Assembly: GCA_963771075.1 (NCBI GenBank)
Contig: CAVYSE010000026.1
Span: forward strand, 64,001-128,000
Origin: a candidate division FCPU426 bacterium
GTDB lineage: Bacteria > Oederibacteriota > Muellerivitia > Muellerivitales > Muellerivitaceae
Reading direction: 5' to 3'
DNA length: 64,000 bases
The first letter of the stretch is position 1. The number at the start of each line of letters is the position of its first letter. A program made the translations under genes and the position numbers. The notes beneath the pieces are model-generated. The model was given only the letters and a program-made list of their open reading frames with translations, was not told the DNA's origin and ran no database searches. Of this stretch, positions 28,540 to 38,261 are shown in pieces.

Positions 28540-31500
28540 ATGAAATTGAAATACCAAATCCTGGGGGCGGTGTTTTACGCCGCCTTTTTTGTTGTGAGTC
28601 AGGTCCATGCGCTTCCGGGCGGGACATTCGTTTGGGAGGATTTCGAATTAGGGACCTCCTACTGGGGGACCCAGTTCGAGACCAACGCCATGGAAGATGG
28701 GGTTATATCACCTGATTTTCCAACGAGCGGTAAATCGTGTTTCCGGGGCCATTTTCAACTCGGCCCAGGGGGAGGGCGGATCGCCTTTTCCACCGCCCAA
28801 GCGGGAGACTTGACGGGCACGACCGCCCTCACCGCGGATTTTTACAATTCATCACCCCTCACCTTTACCGGCTCAGTCATCCTCAAACAGGGTCCTTCCT
28901 GGAATTGGCTCAAGTCTGCCGAAGTGGCGATAGCGCCCGGGTGGAACCGGAATATTTCGTTCGACCTTTCCACCCTGAACCCCAAGAGCGATCTTAAACA
29001 AGCGGCCTTTGTTTTTGAAACGAAACAGGAAGGCGAAGGTTATTTCTATATGGATAACCTTCGGTTGACAGGCGCTGACCCGGATAAGGTCATACGTCTT
29101 ACCCCCGAAGACCTGGCCACGGGGACGCCTGTTTTGGTGACGGGGTTTGAGGATACGAACAATCCATTCGCGCCCGATAAGGATTGGTCCTCGGCGACTG
29201 ACGCGGAGGTGCGTCCGGTTCAAACCACCGAGGGAAAGCAAGCCGTCTTTTTCGATTTCGAGAACAAATCACCGGATGACCGCGCCACCTTTGTGCTGGA
29301 ATCCGACATGGACCTGTCCCTCGCCAATGGGGTGGTGATGGATGTGTTCGTCCCCGGGGATGACCCCATGGACACATCGGTGGTATTAAATATCGGGGCG
29401 AAGTGGGATTATTACGAATCTTCCACCCAGCCCCTGAAACCCGGCTGGAACAAGGACGTGAGCATCTCCTTGAAGGCCAAGACCTTCAAATGCGCCGCGA
29501 ATAATTACACGAATACCTCCCCGGTCAAGGGCCTCAATACGATCCGCAAATTCGGTCTTTCCATCGCCTCCCATCAGATCGGGAAAGGCTACGTCGTCGT
29601 GGATAACGTGAGGCTGCTGTCGAATGACGCCCCCGCCCTGGAAAAAATCGTCCGGGACGCGGTGCCTTTTCTTCCGCCGGCTGTCGGCACCGATCACTTG
29701 CTTGAAAGTTTTGAGAAGGGGAAGACCCCGTGGCAAGCCATCGGCGGAACTTCCAAAGCCACCGAGGCTGTCATCGTCACGTCCAAAAACGCCACGGAGG
29801 GAACCCATATGTTGAAGGTTTCTTTCGCTTTTGACGGGGACGGGCAACAGGCATGGTTTGGTTTCGACCAGAACGAGAGCATGAATTTGAAAGATTCCAG
29901 CGCGGTAAAGGTGGATATCTATAACCCGCAGAAAGAAACCTTGCAGGCGGGAATGGTGTTGAAAACGGGAGACAACTACGACTGGGTTGAGGCTAATCCC
30001 GCGGAAGTCAAGCCGGGTTGGAACCGCAACGTGACCTTTTTATTGAAATCGAAGAACTTCAAGAATGCCGCAAGCGGCTGGAAAAACACCGCCTTTGCCG
30101 AACAATTGGACCAGGTCAAGAGCCTTTATATCGGCTTTTATCATAACGGACCCCTGACGGGTTCGGCCTATTTTGATAATGTCCGGGTGACCGGCACGAC
30201 CGAAGTGGCGATGGGGAAACCAACCGGTTCCCATGGCGAGGTTACGGGGCGTTCCGTCTTGTGGGACCCCCTCTACAACGCCGCGGCGGATGGGTGGGAA
30301 GCGCAAACCAGCGCGGGGAGCAATTCTTTCGCGGTGGTTTGCAATTACACCCTGTTGGAAGGAAAGAATGTAGTGGACATGCGATACCGGACCTTTGCCG
30401 AGGACCAAGCCGCCCAGTACGTAAAAAGCAAATATGTGGACTGGAGCAACGTCCTGGCGGTCCAGTTTGATTTCTTCAACCCTCAACCCTACTCCATCAC
30501 CTTCACCCTGGCGGTCCAAACGGGTCCGGAATCGGAATGGCAAGAAAGTACGGAATATTCCTTGAAGCCGGGTTGGAACCGGGCGGTCAAGGTGAATGTT
30601 TCGGAGCCCATTTTTAAATCACTCGAAACGAACTGGTCCTCGACCGATTACCTCAGAACCCGTGAGGATATAAGAACCGTTATCGTTAATGTCCATCCCC
30701 ATCACATGGGTGACGGGCACCTTTATATGACCAATTTGCGAACGATTGAAAGAGATATCGTCGGTTCGGCGACGAATTCGAAGGATGTGGGTTCGGTTAT
30801 TGGGATCACTTCCGAAACCCAATTGTCGGTTCGGACCTTGCAGTACATCCCGTTCGAGAGTTTCGAAGGAAATATGCTCCCTTGGCAACCCAGCAACAAC
30901 GCCATCCTAAGCCGGAGTAATTTATACGCCACCGATGGGACCCATTCCCTCGAGGTGGATTACCAGGCCGTCTTCGGGGCTGGCGCGAACGCGATTAGTC
31001 CCGTGATCCAGTACACCCCCTCCTCCGGGACCATGGACCTTTCCTCCTATACTCATTTTGAATTTGACGCTTACAACCCGGGCCAGCCACTACAGGTCAC
31101 GGTCCAGTTTTATACCGGCGGAACCTATAACGGCAACAGCAGTGGAGAGGACATTGAATCCCAATCCGTGACTGTCAATTGCGGGTGGAACCACAATTTG
31201 GATATCCCGCTTGTGGGGAATAATTTCAAGTCGGCCGCAAGCGCTTGGCGGTTTTGGGACACCCTGCGTAATGCCAATCAGGTTAACAAGATCTGCATGA
31301 AAATCTCAGGTTTGGCGGGATTGCCGGGTCGGGGCACCTTTTACTTGGACAATTTGCGCTGGTTGGGTTCTGGTTCCCAACAGGTGGACGGTGTGGCGGG
31401 CGAGACGATGGCGTTTAAGTTCAATCCCTCGGATCAAATCCAGCTGTTGGTGCAGGGATCAGTGATGGGGACGCAAAACAGCCAAGCCCAATTCACCCTG

Positions 31501-32745
31501 GACAAAATTCGACTGGACGTCCGGGCGGGCGGAAACGAGTTGTCCATCTTCACTGGCGACCAATTGAGTGGATCGGATGACCCGATGCAGTTAATGAGCG
31601 GGCCGTCCCTGGGGAACCAGATTTTCGGAGCGGAGGACCATTATTCCATCGGGGACGTGGGGATGCTTCAAGCTTCCGGTTTCGCTCAGTATGGAACGAC
31701 GCCCAATTCTTTGGGGAATTCAGCCGGGTATCTTTTTCGATTCAAGACGGTCTCAGTTGAGGATTGCTGGCTGGGCGCCGGCTTCTTGGATGGCCGTTAT
31801 GGGAACATGCCCGGGTCCAATCCCTTGACGTCGAACGTGGAAGCGGATATCCAAACCTATGAGGTTGATTTCAACGGTTATCTCCGAGATATCCATCTGC
31901 AGTTGTTCGGCGAAGTCGCGGAAAGCGACTATTCGGCCTATCCGGGAAGCTCCTATTTCATGTCCGATCAAAACAACCAAGCTTATGACGTGGGTTTCAG
32001 CTACCAAATCGGCGCTTTCAAATTCTCGGCTGGAAGAACCGTTAACCAGATCAGCTTTTTCATGCCTTACGAGGGATCGGGTCCCGCAGCGGGTGCGATC
32101 CAGAACAATTTCCAGATCTATTGGGCCACGGATACCCTCCCCCTTGTCAAGGACATGGAAAATTGGAGCTCCTTCTGGGGTGATTTTCTCACCAACCTGA
32201 ACCTTCAGGTCCAGTATTACGATTACGCCTCATTGATCAACACTGACAGCAATTACGGCGTGCGATGTATCTTGTCGAATAACACGGATAAATCGCCCCT
32301 TTTCATGAATTTCTGGTGGTATTACTACTATGACGGTTCCGACGCCGGTGATTCTTCATTGCCCAATCCTTCGATGGATACGCACATCCAGGAAATCACT
32401 TCGAACTATGAACTCCACTACAAAATCACCCCGCATTTCTTGGCTACGGGCATTTTCAGGGACGATTTGACGGAGTGGTGGGAAGACTTAACTTATGACG
32501 CGGGCCTGAAATACAAGTTCTGGGGAAACACATGGCTCAAGGGTGACGTGAAGTGTGTGGACCAAACCGGATACCGCTTCGGCCAATACACCAACATCAA
32601 TGCGAGCGTGACTAAGTATTTTATGAACAATTCAGTCTTGGCAACCCTGAGTTATGGGCTTCCCAGTTTTATCGGCTATTGGGAGGCGGATAATAATCTC
32701 GAAACCCTCGACCAGTGGCAATTCTCCATAACAGGGAAGTTCTAA
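28540..32745 (+). CDS. Secreted protein with five CBM-like repeats and a probable C-terminal outer-membrane beta-barrel
   Basis: Signal peptide (...QVHA); five ~170-aa repeats (FE...T.G...D.YNP...W.ES...LKPGWN...G..Y.DN.R); amphipathic aromatic-rich C-terminal ~450 aa ending WQFSITGKF. Confidence 0.75.
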   Translation: MKLKYQILGAVFYAAFFVVSQVHALPGGTFVWEDFELGTSYWGTQFETNAMEDGVISPDFPTSGKSCFRGHFQLGPGGGRIAFSTAQAGDLTGTTALTADFYNSSPLTFTGSVILKQGPSWNWLKSAEVAIAPGWNRNISFDLSTLNPKSDLKQAAFVFETKQEGEGYFYMDNLRLTGADPDKVIRLTPEDLATGTPVLVTGFEDTNNPFAPDKDWSSATDAEVRPVQTTEGKQAVFFDFENKSPDDRATFVLESDMDLSLANGVVMDVFVPGDDPMDTSVVLNIGAKWDYYESSTQPLKPGWNKDVSISLKAKTFKCAANNYTNTSPVKGLNTIRKFGLSIASHQIGKGYVVVDNVRLLSNDAPALEKIVRDAVPFLPPAVGTDHLLESFEKGKTPWQAIGGTSKATEAVIVTSKNATEGTHMLKVSFAFDGDGQQAWFGFDQNESMNLKDSSAVKVDIYNPQKETLQAGMVLKTGDNYDWVEANPAEVKPGWNRNVTFLLKSKNFKNAASGWKNTAFAEQLDQVKSLYIGFYHNGPLTGSAYFDNVRVTGTTEVAMGKPTGSHGEVTGRSVLWDPLYNAAADGWEAQTSAGSNSFAVVCNYTLLEGKNVVDMRYRTFAEDQAAQYVKSKYVDWSNVLAVQFDFFNPQPYSITFTLAVQTGPESEWQESTEYSLKPGWNRAVKVNVSEPIFKSLETNWSSTDYLRTREDIRTVIVNVHPHHMGDGHLYMTNLRTIERDIVGSATNSKDVGSVIGITSETQLSVRTLQYIPFESFEGNMLPWQPSNNAILSRSNLYATDGTHSLEVDYQAVFGAGANAISPVIQYTPSSGTMDLSSYTHFEFDAYNPGQPLQVTVQFYTGGTYNGNSSGEDIESQSVTVNCGWNHNLDIPLVGNNFKSAASAWRFWDTLRNANQVNKICMKISGLAGLPGRGTFYLDNLRWLGSGSQQVDGVAGETMAFKFNPSDQIQLLVQGSVMGTQNSQAQFTLDKIRLDVRAGGNELSIFTGDQLSGSDDPMQLMSGPSLGNQIFGAEDHYSIGDVGMLQASGFAQYGTTPNSLGNSAGYLFRFKTVSVEDCWLGAGFLDGRYGNMPGSNPLTSNVEADIQTYEVDFNGYLRDIHLQLFGEVAESDYSAYPGSSYFMSDQNNQAYDVGFSYQIGAFKFSAGRTVNQISFFMPYEGSGPAAGAIQNNFQIYWATDTLPLVKDMENWSSFWGDFLTNLNLQVQYYDYASLINTDSNYGVRCILSNNTDKSPLFMNFWWYYYYDGSDAGDSSLPNPSMDTHIQEITSNYELHYKITPHFLATGIFRDDLTEWWEDLTYDAGLKYKFWGNTWLKGDVKCVDQTGYRFGQYTNINASVTKYFMNNSVLATLSYGLPSFIGYWEADNNLETLDQWQFSITGKF

Positions 32746-35153
32746 TGGAAAAGAATATTCATTCAATCGTTAACTTCCGCCTGAAACAAACTGTGGTTTT
32801 TTGCTCTGCGATTATTTTAAGTTTGGGGTTGCTGTGGCACTCCCCAGTCCATGCCGCGAATGGGAAGAAAAAACAAAAGAAGCCGACCGTGGCTTCTCCG
32901 ACGGAGGCCATGGGCCTGCGGGTAAACGGCCTTGCCTTGCAAGTGGATGGAAAAACATCATTTGCCGCGGGCTTGGAGGCTCCCGGCCTCTACCGGTTGC
33001 CTGCCGCCCAACAAGCTGCTTTTTTCACCCAGGCCAAGAATGCCGGCGTGGAAATGGTTAAGACCAACGCCTTCTCCCTGGGACGAGTGGCCATGCCGAT
33101 CCAAACTGGCCCCGGAAAATGGGATGAGGGCGCATTATCCGCCCTGGATGGTATGGTGGCCGCCGCCGGGAAAACAGGGATCAAGCTGGTTCTCGACCTG
33201 TGCGCTGATTCGGGGCCGGAGGGGGGGAAAGAAACCTACGCATCCTGGGTGGGTAGCTCCAACCCGGGAGTTTTCTTCCTCGACTATGGGTGCAAGGCCT
33301 GGTATCAGCGATATGTCCGCATGCTTCTGGCCCGAGTCAACAAGGTTACGGGCAGTCCTTACTCAAAGGACCCAACTATTTGGGCCTTCAACCTGATCGA
33401 CGCTCCCGCTTATCCTGGCGGGGAGGGCGCGATCGCCAATCAGTGGGTTTCGACCATGGCCAATTTCGTGAAGGGCCTGGGCACAACCGCGAAGATTGTC
33501 CTTGCTCTGGATCCAACGGCTCCGGGGTTATCCGGGGTTGAGCTGGCGGGTCAACCGGGCGTCGATTTTGTAATGGAAGAAATGGTCGCGAACGCCCCCT
33601 CGCCCGCCCTTTGGGCCCCGAAAATCGGGAAACCAGTTCTGCAAATTGTGGGAAATGCCCAAGCCGCCACGCCGGGATCGACAGCCGGTTCCCTCCTATC
33701 GATGGATCCCACGGCTACCTTTAATTGGGCTCTATTGAAAAAAACGATATCAACGCAAACCTTGGCATTCACACCTTCAAGCGCAGGCCTGTTTACCGGA
33801 CTTTCCGCTTCCCCTGCCGGGGATGCGGTGGTGGACTGGGACGCGTCCGAATCGATCGCGGTCACCCTCGCCGCTCCCGCGCAAGTGACCATTCGATACG
33901 GTGAAAAGGGCCTCCTGAACACTGAAACCACCCCGACTCCGGAGAAAAACACAAGCTACCTTGTCCAGTTGAAAGGACTTTCGACTGGAACCCGTTACGC
34001 CTATCAGGTTAAGGCCGTGGGTTCAACGGCGGTCCAGTTTTCGAACATCCAAACCTTTGATACGCCCATTTTGAAAAGGTTGGTGGTTTCGCCCTCGCCC
34101 ATGACCCGGAACTTCATCACAGTCAGGGGGACCCAGTTTTACGATGGTGAAAAGCCCTTCCGGTTCGTGGGCACCAATAACTATTACCTGCATTACATGC
34201 CCGATTCGATCGAGTACATCATGAGCGAGGCTGAAAAAATGGGCTTTACGGTAATGCGGACATGGGCTTTCGGGGAATCTTCCAAACCCGTTCCGGATGA
34301 TTGGGAAAAACTCCGGTATTTCCAGGTGGGCCCTGGCCAGTTCGTTGAATCGAACTTGAAACTTTTGGACAAGGTCGTCGCCTCCGCCGCCAAGCACCAT
34401 ATCCGCCTGGTGCTGGCCCTCTCGAACAATTGGAACGATTTTGGCGGGGCGCCCCAATGGGTTAAATGGTATGGGTCCCCGGATAAAAATGATTTTTTTG
34501 ATAATCCGGCGATCGAAAAGGGTTATCAGGATTACATGGCGGCCATCGTAAACCGAGTGAATACCCTGACCGGTGTGGCTTATAAGGACGATCCCACGAT
34601 CTTCGCCTGGGACCTAATGAACGAGCCCCGCGACGAAAAAGACAAAACCGGAACCCTGTTGGTTGCCTGGATCGACCAGATGGCAATGTTTTTGAAAAAG
34701 CAGGGGGTCAAACAATTGGTCACGACCGGTTCGGAAGGGCTGAGGGCGGTCAATGGCACCCATTATTCGGGAACGGACTTTATCCGTGACCACCAGTCGC
34801 CGGCGATTGATTACGCGGTCTTCCACGTTTATCCAACGATGAATGGATCAGGATGGAATATGACCACAATATCTTCCATCCTTTCCGCCTATGTGAAAGA
34901 CGCCCATGAGGTCTTGAAAAAGCCGGTCGTGATGGAGGAATTCGGAATCGAAAAGGGGAAACCGGGCCGTCCCCAAGCCCAATATATATATGGAATGATG
35001 AGCGCGTTCTATGCGGACGGGGGGGATGGCTGCGGTTACTGGATGCTGGAGGAACCCCATTACTCAGGGGACGCGAATTGTTTCAGCCCCGACGATACGG
35101 ATATCGTGAATTTGTTCGTTTTGCAGTCTAAAAAAATGACAGGAGGGAATTAA
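32745..35153 (+). CDS. Secreted GH5 endo-beta-mannanase-like protein: degenerate GH5 + FN3-like + intact GH5
   Basis: Second module has F.GTN.Y, RTWAF, NNW.DFGG, YKDDPTIFAWDLMNEPR, FHVYP and KPVVMEEFG; TAATG coupling with the upstream gene. Confidence 0.88.
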   Translation: MEKNIHSIVNFRLKQTVVFCSAIILSLGLLWHSPVHAANGKKKQKKPTVASPTEAMGLRVNGLALQVDGKTSFAAGLEAPGLYRLPAAQQAAFFTQAKNAGVEMVKTNAFSLGRVAMPIQTGPGKWDEGALSALDGMVAAAGKTGIKLVLDLCADSGPEGGKETYASWVGSSNPGVFFLDYGCKAWYQRYVRMLLARVNKVTGSPYSKDPTIWAFNLIDAPAYPGGEGAIANQWVSTMANFVKGLGTTAKIVLALDPTAPGLSGVELAGQPGVDFVMEEMVANAPSPALWAPKIGKPVLQIVGNAQAATPGSTAGSLLSMDPTATFNWALLKKTISTQTLAFTPSSAGLFTGLSASPAGDAVVDWDASESIAVTLAAPAQVTIRYGEKGLLNTETTPTPEKNTSYLVQLKGLSTGTRYAYQVKAVGSTAVQFSNIQTFDTPILKRLVVSPSPMTRNFITVRGTQFYDGEKPFRFVGTNNYYLHYMPDSIEYIMSEAEKMGFTVMRTWAFGESSKPVPDDWEKLRYFQVGPGQFVESNLKLLDKVVASAAKHHIRLVLALSNNWNDFGGAPQWVKWYGSPDKNDFFDNPAIEKGYQDYMAAIVNRVNTLTGVAYKDDPTIFAWDLMNEPRDEKDKTGTLLVAWIDQMAMFLKKQGVKQLVTTGSEGLRAVNGTHYSGTDFIRDHQSPAIDYAVFHVYPTMNGSGWNMTTISSILSAYVKDAHEVLKKPVVMEEFGIEKGKPGRPQAQYIYGMMSAFYADGGDGCGYWMLEEPHYSGDANCFSPDDTDIVNLFVLQSKKMTGGN

Positions 35154-35845
35154 TGGGATCGTTTAGAATCTCGGCTATTTCCCACCTGCTTTTCGCGATT
35201 GCGCTTTTGTTGGGAGGATGCGGCCAGGTTACGGGCCCCATCAGTCCTTTCTATAACCCGACGATCCTGCCTGCGTGGGGATCTTTCAACGACGGAACGA
35301 CCGACAATTGGGTTTTTGATTCTTCCAATCCTAACATCACCAATCCGCTCCCATTGTCAGTAACCGCCCCGGGTTTCCAGGGATTACCCTATGCTTTGGA
35401 CATTGCCATCCCGGCCTATGGTTATTCAGCGGGAAGCACGGTTGAATTAAGCAGCTATTCCGTACATTACCAGATTGTCAGTTCGGGACCAGGCCTGAAC
35501 TTGACCGATATGACTCTCTCCATGTGGGTGAAATTGGAGTCCGGGGTTGTAACTCCACCCAACCAGATTGGGGCGCAAATTTTTGTTAAGGATGGGCCTG
35601 AGACGATCAATGGGGTTGTTCATAACTACCAATATGGAAACGGCACCTTTGTGAAACTTGTCCCGGGGCAATGGATGCAAGTGACATATAACGTGAAAGC
35701 CCCCAATTATCAGGCTAATCCACCGCCGGACGTGTCCAATATTTACCAAGTAGGCCTTCAACTAGCGGGGAATGGCTCGTCTTTGTTTACATCCAACGGG
35801 GTCGTCTACGCGGCCAGCCTTGGTTACCAACCCAATCCTTATTAG
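35153..35845 (+). CDS. Lipoprotein with CBM-like beta-sandwich
   Basis: Lipobox LLGGC; SF.DGT...W, LNLT..TLSMWV, GAQIFVKD, GQW..V and QVGLQL; TAATG coupling. Confidence 0.7.
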   Translation: MGSFRISAISHLLFAIALLLGGCGQVTGPISPFYNPTILPAWGSFNDGTTDNWVFDSSNPNITNPLPLSVTAPGFQGLPYALDIAIPAYGYSAGSTVELSSYSVHYQIVSSGPGLNLTDMTLSMWVKLESGVVTPPNQIGAQIFVKDGPETINGVVHNYQYGNGTFVKLVPGQWMQVTYNVKAPNYQANPPPDVSNIYQVGLQLAGNGSSLFTSNGVVYAASLGYQPNPY

Positions 35846-35973
35846 CCGGGATTGAGGCCGATCAGCTCTTTTAGACAGTTTAAGCCTAACTCTTTTCATG
35901 GGTTTTGCCGCAAACCCAACATCCTTCATTTTTCAACGAAAGTTTTAGAATCACAAACAAAACCCAATATTTA

Positions 35974-36135
35974 CCACAGAGACACGGAGACACATGCCGA
36001 CCATCCTTGAGACATTAAGTGGGGTCGGTATTGTCCCGATTTCTTTCGCTTTTTGGGCGAAAGGGGACAGAGTAAACCCGGACAATTGGTTTAAGATTCC
36101 ATGAATTTAGAAAGGTTTTTTCTGTGCCTCTGTGG
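35974..36135. repeat. Inverted ccacagagacac-type repeat pair
   Basis: ccacagagacacgga...tctgtgcctctgtgg (13/15 IR). Confidence 0.45.
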
Positions 36136-36203
36136 CCGCCAAAGGCGGCCTGGGGTGAAATTAGGTAATGTTATAGTCTCTTAATTTCCAGAGGAGGCTC
36201 TTC

Positions 36204-38135
36204 ATGCGTCACGCATTTAAGGGTTACATGGCCGGGGCCGGAGCCTGTCTGATGGCGGCTATCGCCGGGGCTCAAACCCAACTTCCGCCAATTTTTGGGG
36301 ATCACATGGTCCTTCAGCGGGAATTGTCCATTCCAATCTGGGGAAAGGACACGCCCGGCCAAAAGGTTATCGTGACTTTGGCGGGGAAAACGGCTCATGG
36401 CATAGCGAATAAAGACCGTAAGTGGAAGGCGATCCTGCCCGAAATGAAGGCGGGCGGTCCTTATGAAATGACGGTGCAAGGGTCGAGTGGTGTGACGTTG
36501 AAGGATGTTTGGGTTGGGGAGGTGTGGGTGGCCTCGGGACAATCCAACATGGAACTACCCTTGAATAATACCCTCGATACGGCAAAGGAAGTGCCTTCAG
36601 CCGCCCATCCCCTTATTCGATGGTTTGTTCAGGACCGCCGCTTGTCGGACCATCCCGAGAAAGAACCGATCGGGACCTGGAAGGTTTGTTCCCCTGAAAC
36701 GGCCAAGGACTTTTCCGCAGCGGCCTATTATTTCGCGAAAAAAATAAGCAACGATTTAAAGGTCCCCGTGGGGATTTTAGGAACTTACTGGGGCGGAACC
36801 TGGATCGAGTCCTGGACTCCCGAGGAATCCTTCCAGAACAACCCCGCCATCAAACCCATCCTCGACAGTTGGAATAAACTCTCCCCTTCCGAGAGGATGT
36901 CCCAATGCGGGCTTCAAGAGATGAAAATGGAAATCAAGCGTTTGCGCGTGACTTCTAACGATCCATCTCGGAATCCCGTGACCCTGCTTTCGCCAGAGGG
37001 AAGCTGGTTTTCCAATGCCCAGCCTGGATCGGCTATTACCTTCACCGTGGAAAATAAGGAGGGCTCAAATTCGGATCCGGTTGGACAACTCAAGGCCGAA
37101 ATCCAGACGGGGGGATGGGGAAATAGCACCTGCTCCTTTAAAGCCTCGGGTGGTTCCATCGACTTGAGCGCCTATGACACCATCGAATTTGAGGCAAGGG
37201 GCTATGGGAAATTGAACGCAATATTGGAACAGCCGATTGTGACCGATTGGGATAACTATGGGTCAGCACCATTCACCCTGACCTCGGATTGGAAGTCTTA
37301 TCAGATTCCTTTCTCGAGCCTCAAGCAAAGCGGGTGGGGCAAACCCGAGCCTTTCCAACCCAAGGCTATCAACGCTTTTTGCCTCAACCCCTGCGTCAAC
37401 CCGATGGGAATGAGGCCGTTCGCCCTATATAACGGCATGGTTTCCCCCATGATCCCCTTCGGAATTCGGGGCGTGATCTGGTACCAGGGGGAAACAAACG
37501 TGGGAGAGGCGGAAAAATACAAGGAACTCCTTCCGGCCATGATCCAGGGTTGGCGTAAAGCGTGGGGCGAAGGTGATTTTCCGTTCTTATTCGCCCAATT
37601 ACCGAACTGGCACGATCCTAACGCAAAGGCTGGGAATGGTTGGCCCGAATTGCGGGAGGCCCAAGCGTCGGCTTTGTCCCTCCCTCGCACCGAAATGGCG
37701 GTATTGATCGATTCGGGTGATCGAAACGACATTCATCCCAAGAATAAATCAGTTGTGGGTCTTCGGTTAGCATTGGCGGCCCTTCACGAGGCTTATGGAC
37801 GGAAGGGTGCCTTTAGCGGGCCTATCCTTGAATCCATTCTCTTGAAGGAGGGTAAGATCCATGTGCGATTTAAGCACCTGGATGGGGGATTTAAGGTGAA
37901 AGGCAAACAAATTGATGGTTTTGAGATTGAGGACGAAAAAGGTGGCTTTATTCCCGCGCAAGCCAAAATAGTAGGCAATGAAGTGCTGGTTTGGAACGAC
38001 CAGATCGCCAATCCCAAGGGCGTCCGTTACGCATGGGCGGAAGACCCTAAATGCGATCTCTTCAATGGGGCCGATCTGCCTGCCGCTCCATTTCGAGCCG
38101 TATTGCCGACGGATCCTGCTAAACCCCTAAAATGA
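36204..38135 (+). CDS. Sialate O-acetylesterase-family (SGNH) esterase with inserted CBM11/CIA30-like domain
   Basis: GEVWVASGQSNM, WGGT.IE.W, LYNGM, IWYQGE.N and DIHP.NK; insert IDLSAY..IEF.ARG...LT.DWK.Y.IPFS.L.Q.GWG. Confidence 0.88.
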   Translation: MRHAFKGYMAGAGACLMAAIAGAQTQLPPIFGDHMVLQRELSIPIWGKDTPGQKVIVTLAGKTAHGIANKDRKWKAILPEMKAGGPYEMTVQGSSGVTLKDVWVGEVWVASGQSNMELPLNNTLDTAKEVPSAAHPLIRWFVQDRRLSDHPEKEPIGTWKVCSPETAKDFSAAAYYFAKKISNDLKVPVGILGTYWGGTWIESWTPEESFQNNPAIKPILDSWNKLSPSERMSQCGLQEMKMEIKRLRVTSNDPSRNPVTLLSPEGSWFSNAQPGSAITFTVENKEGSNSDPVGQLKAEIQTGGWGNSTCSFKASGGSIDLSAYDTIEFEARGYGKLNAILEQPIVTDWDNYGSAPFTLTSDWKSYQIPFSSLKQSGWGKPEPFQPKAINAFCLNPCVNPMGMRPFALYNGMVSPMIPFGIRGVIWYQGETNVGEAEKYKELLPAMIQGWRKAWGEGDFPFLFAQLPNWHDPNAKAGNGWPELREAQASALSLPRTEMAVLIDSGDRNDIHPKNKSVVGLRLALAALHEAYGRKGAFSGPILESILLKEGKIHVRFKHLDGGFKVKGKQIDGFEIEDEKGGFIPAQAKIVGNEVLVWNDQIANPKGVRYAWAEDPKCDLFNGADLPAAPFRAVLPTDPAKPLK

Positions 38136-38261
38136 GACCTTTTCCCGACTTTTAAGAAGTAAAATAGAAGGGTGGTTCATGGGCTTGAACTCTTTTTCCT
38201 TTTTCGCTCCTAAAGAAAAGCGAAAAAAAGAAGAGGGAAGCATCCCAACGGGGGTGTTCCG

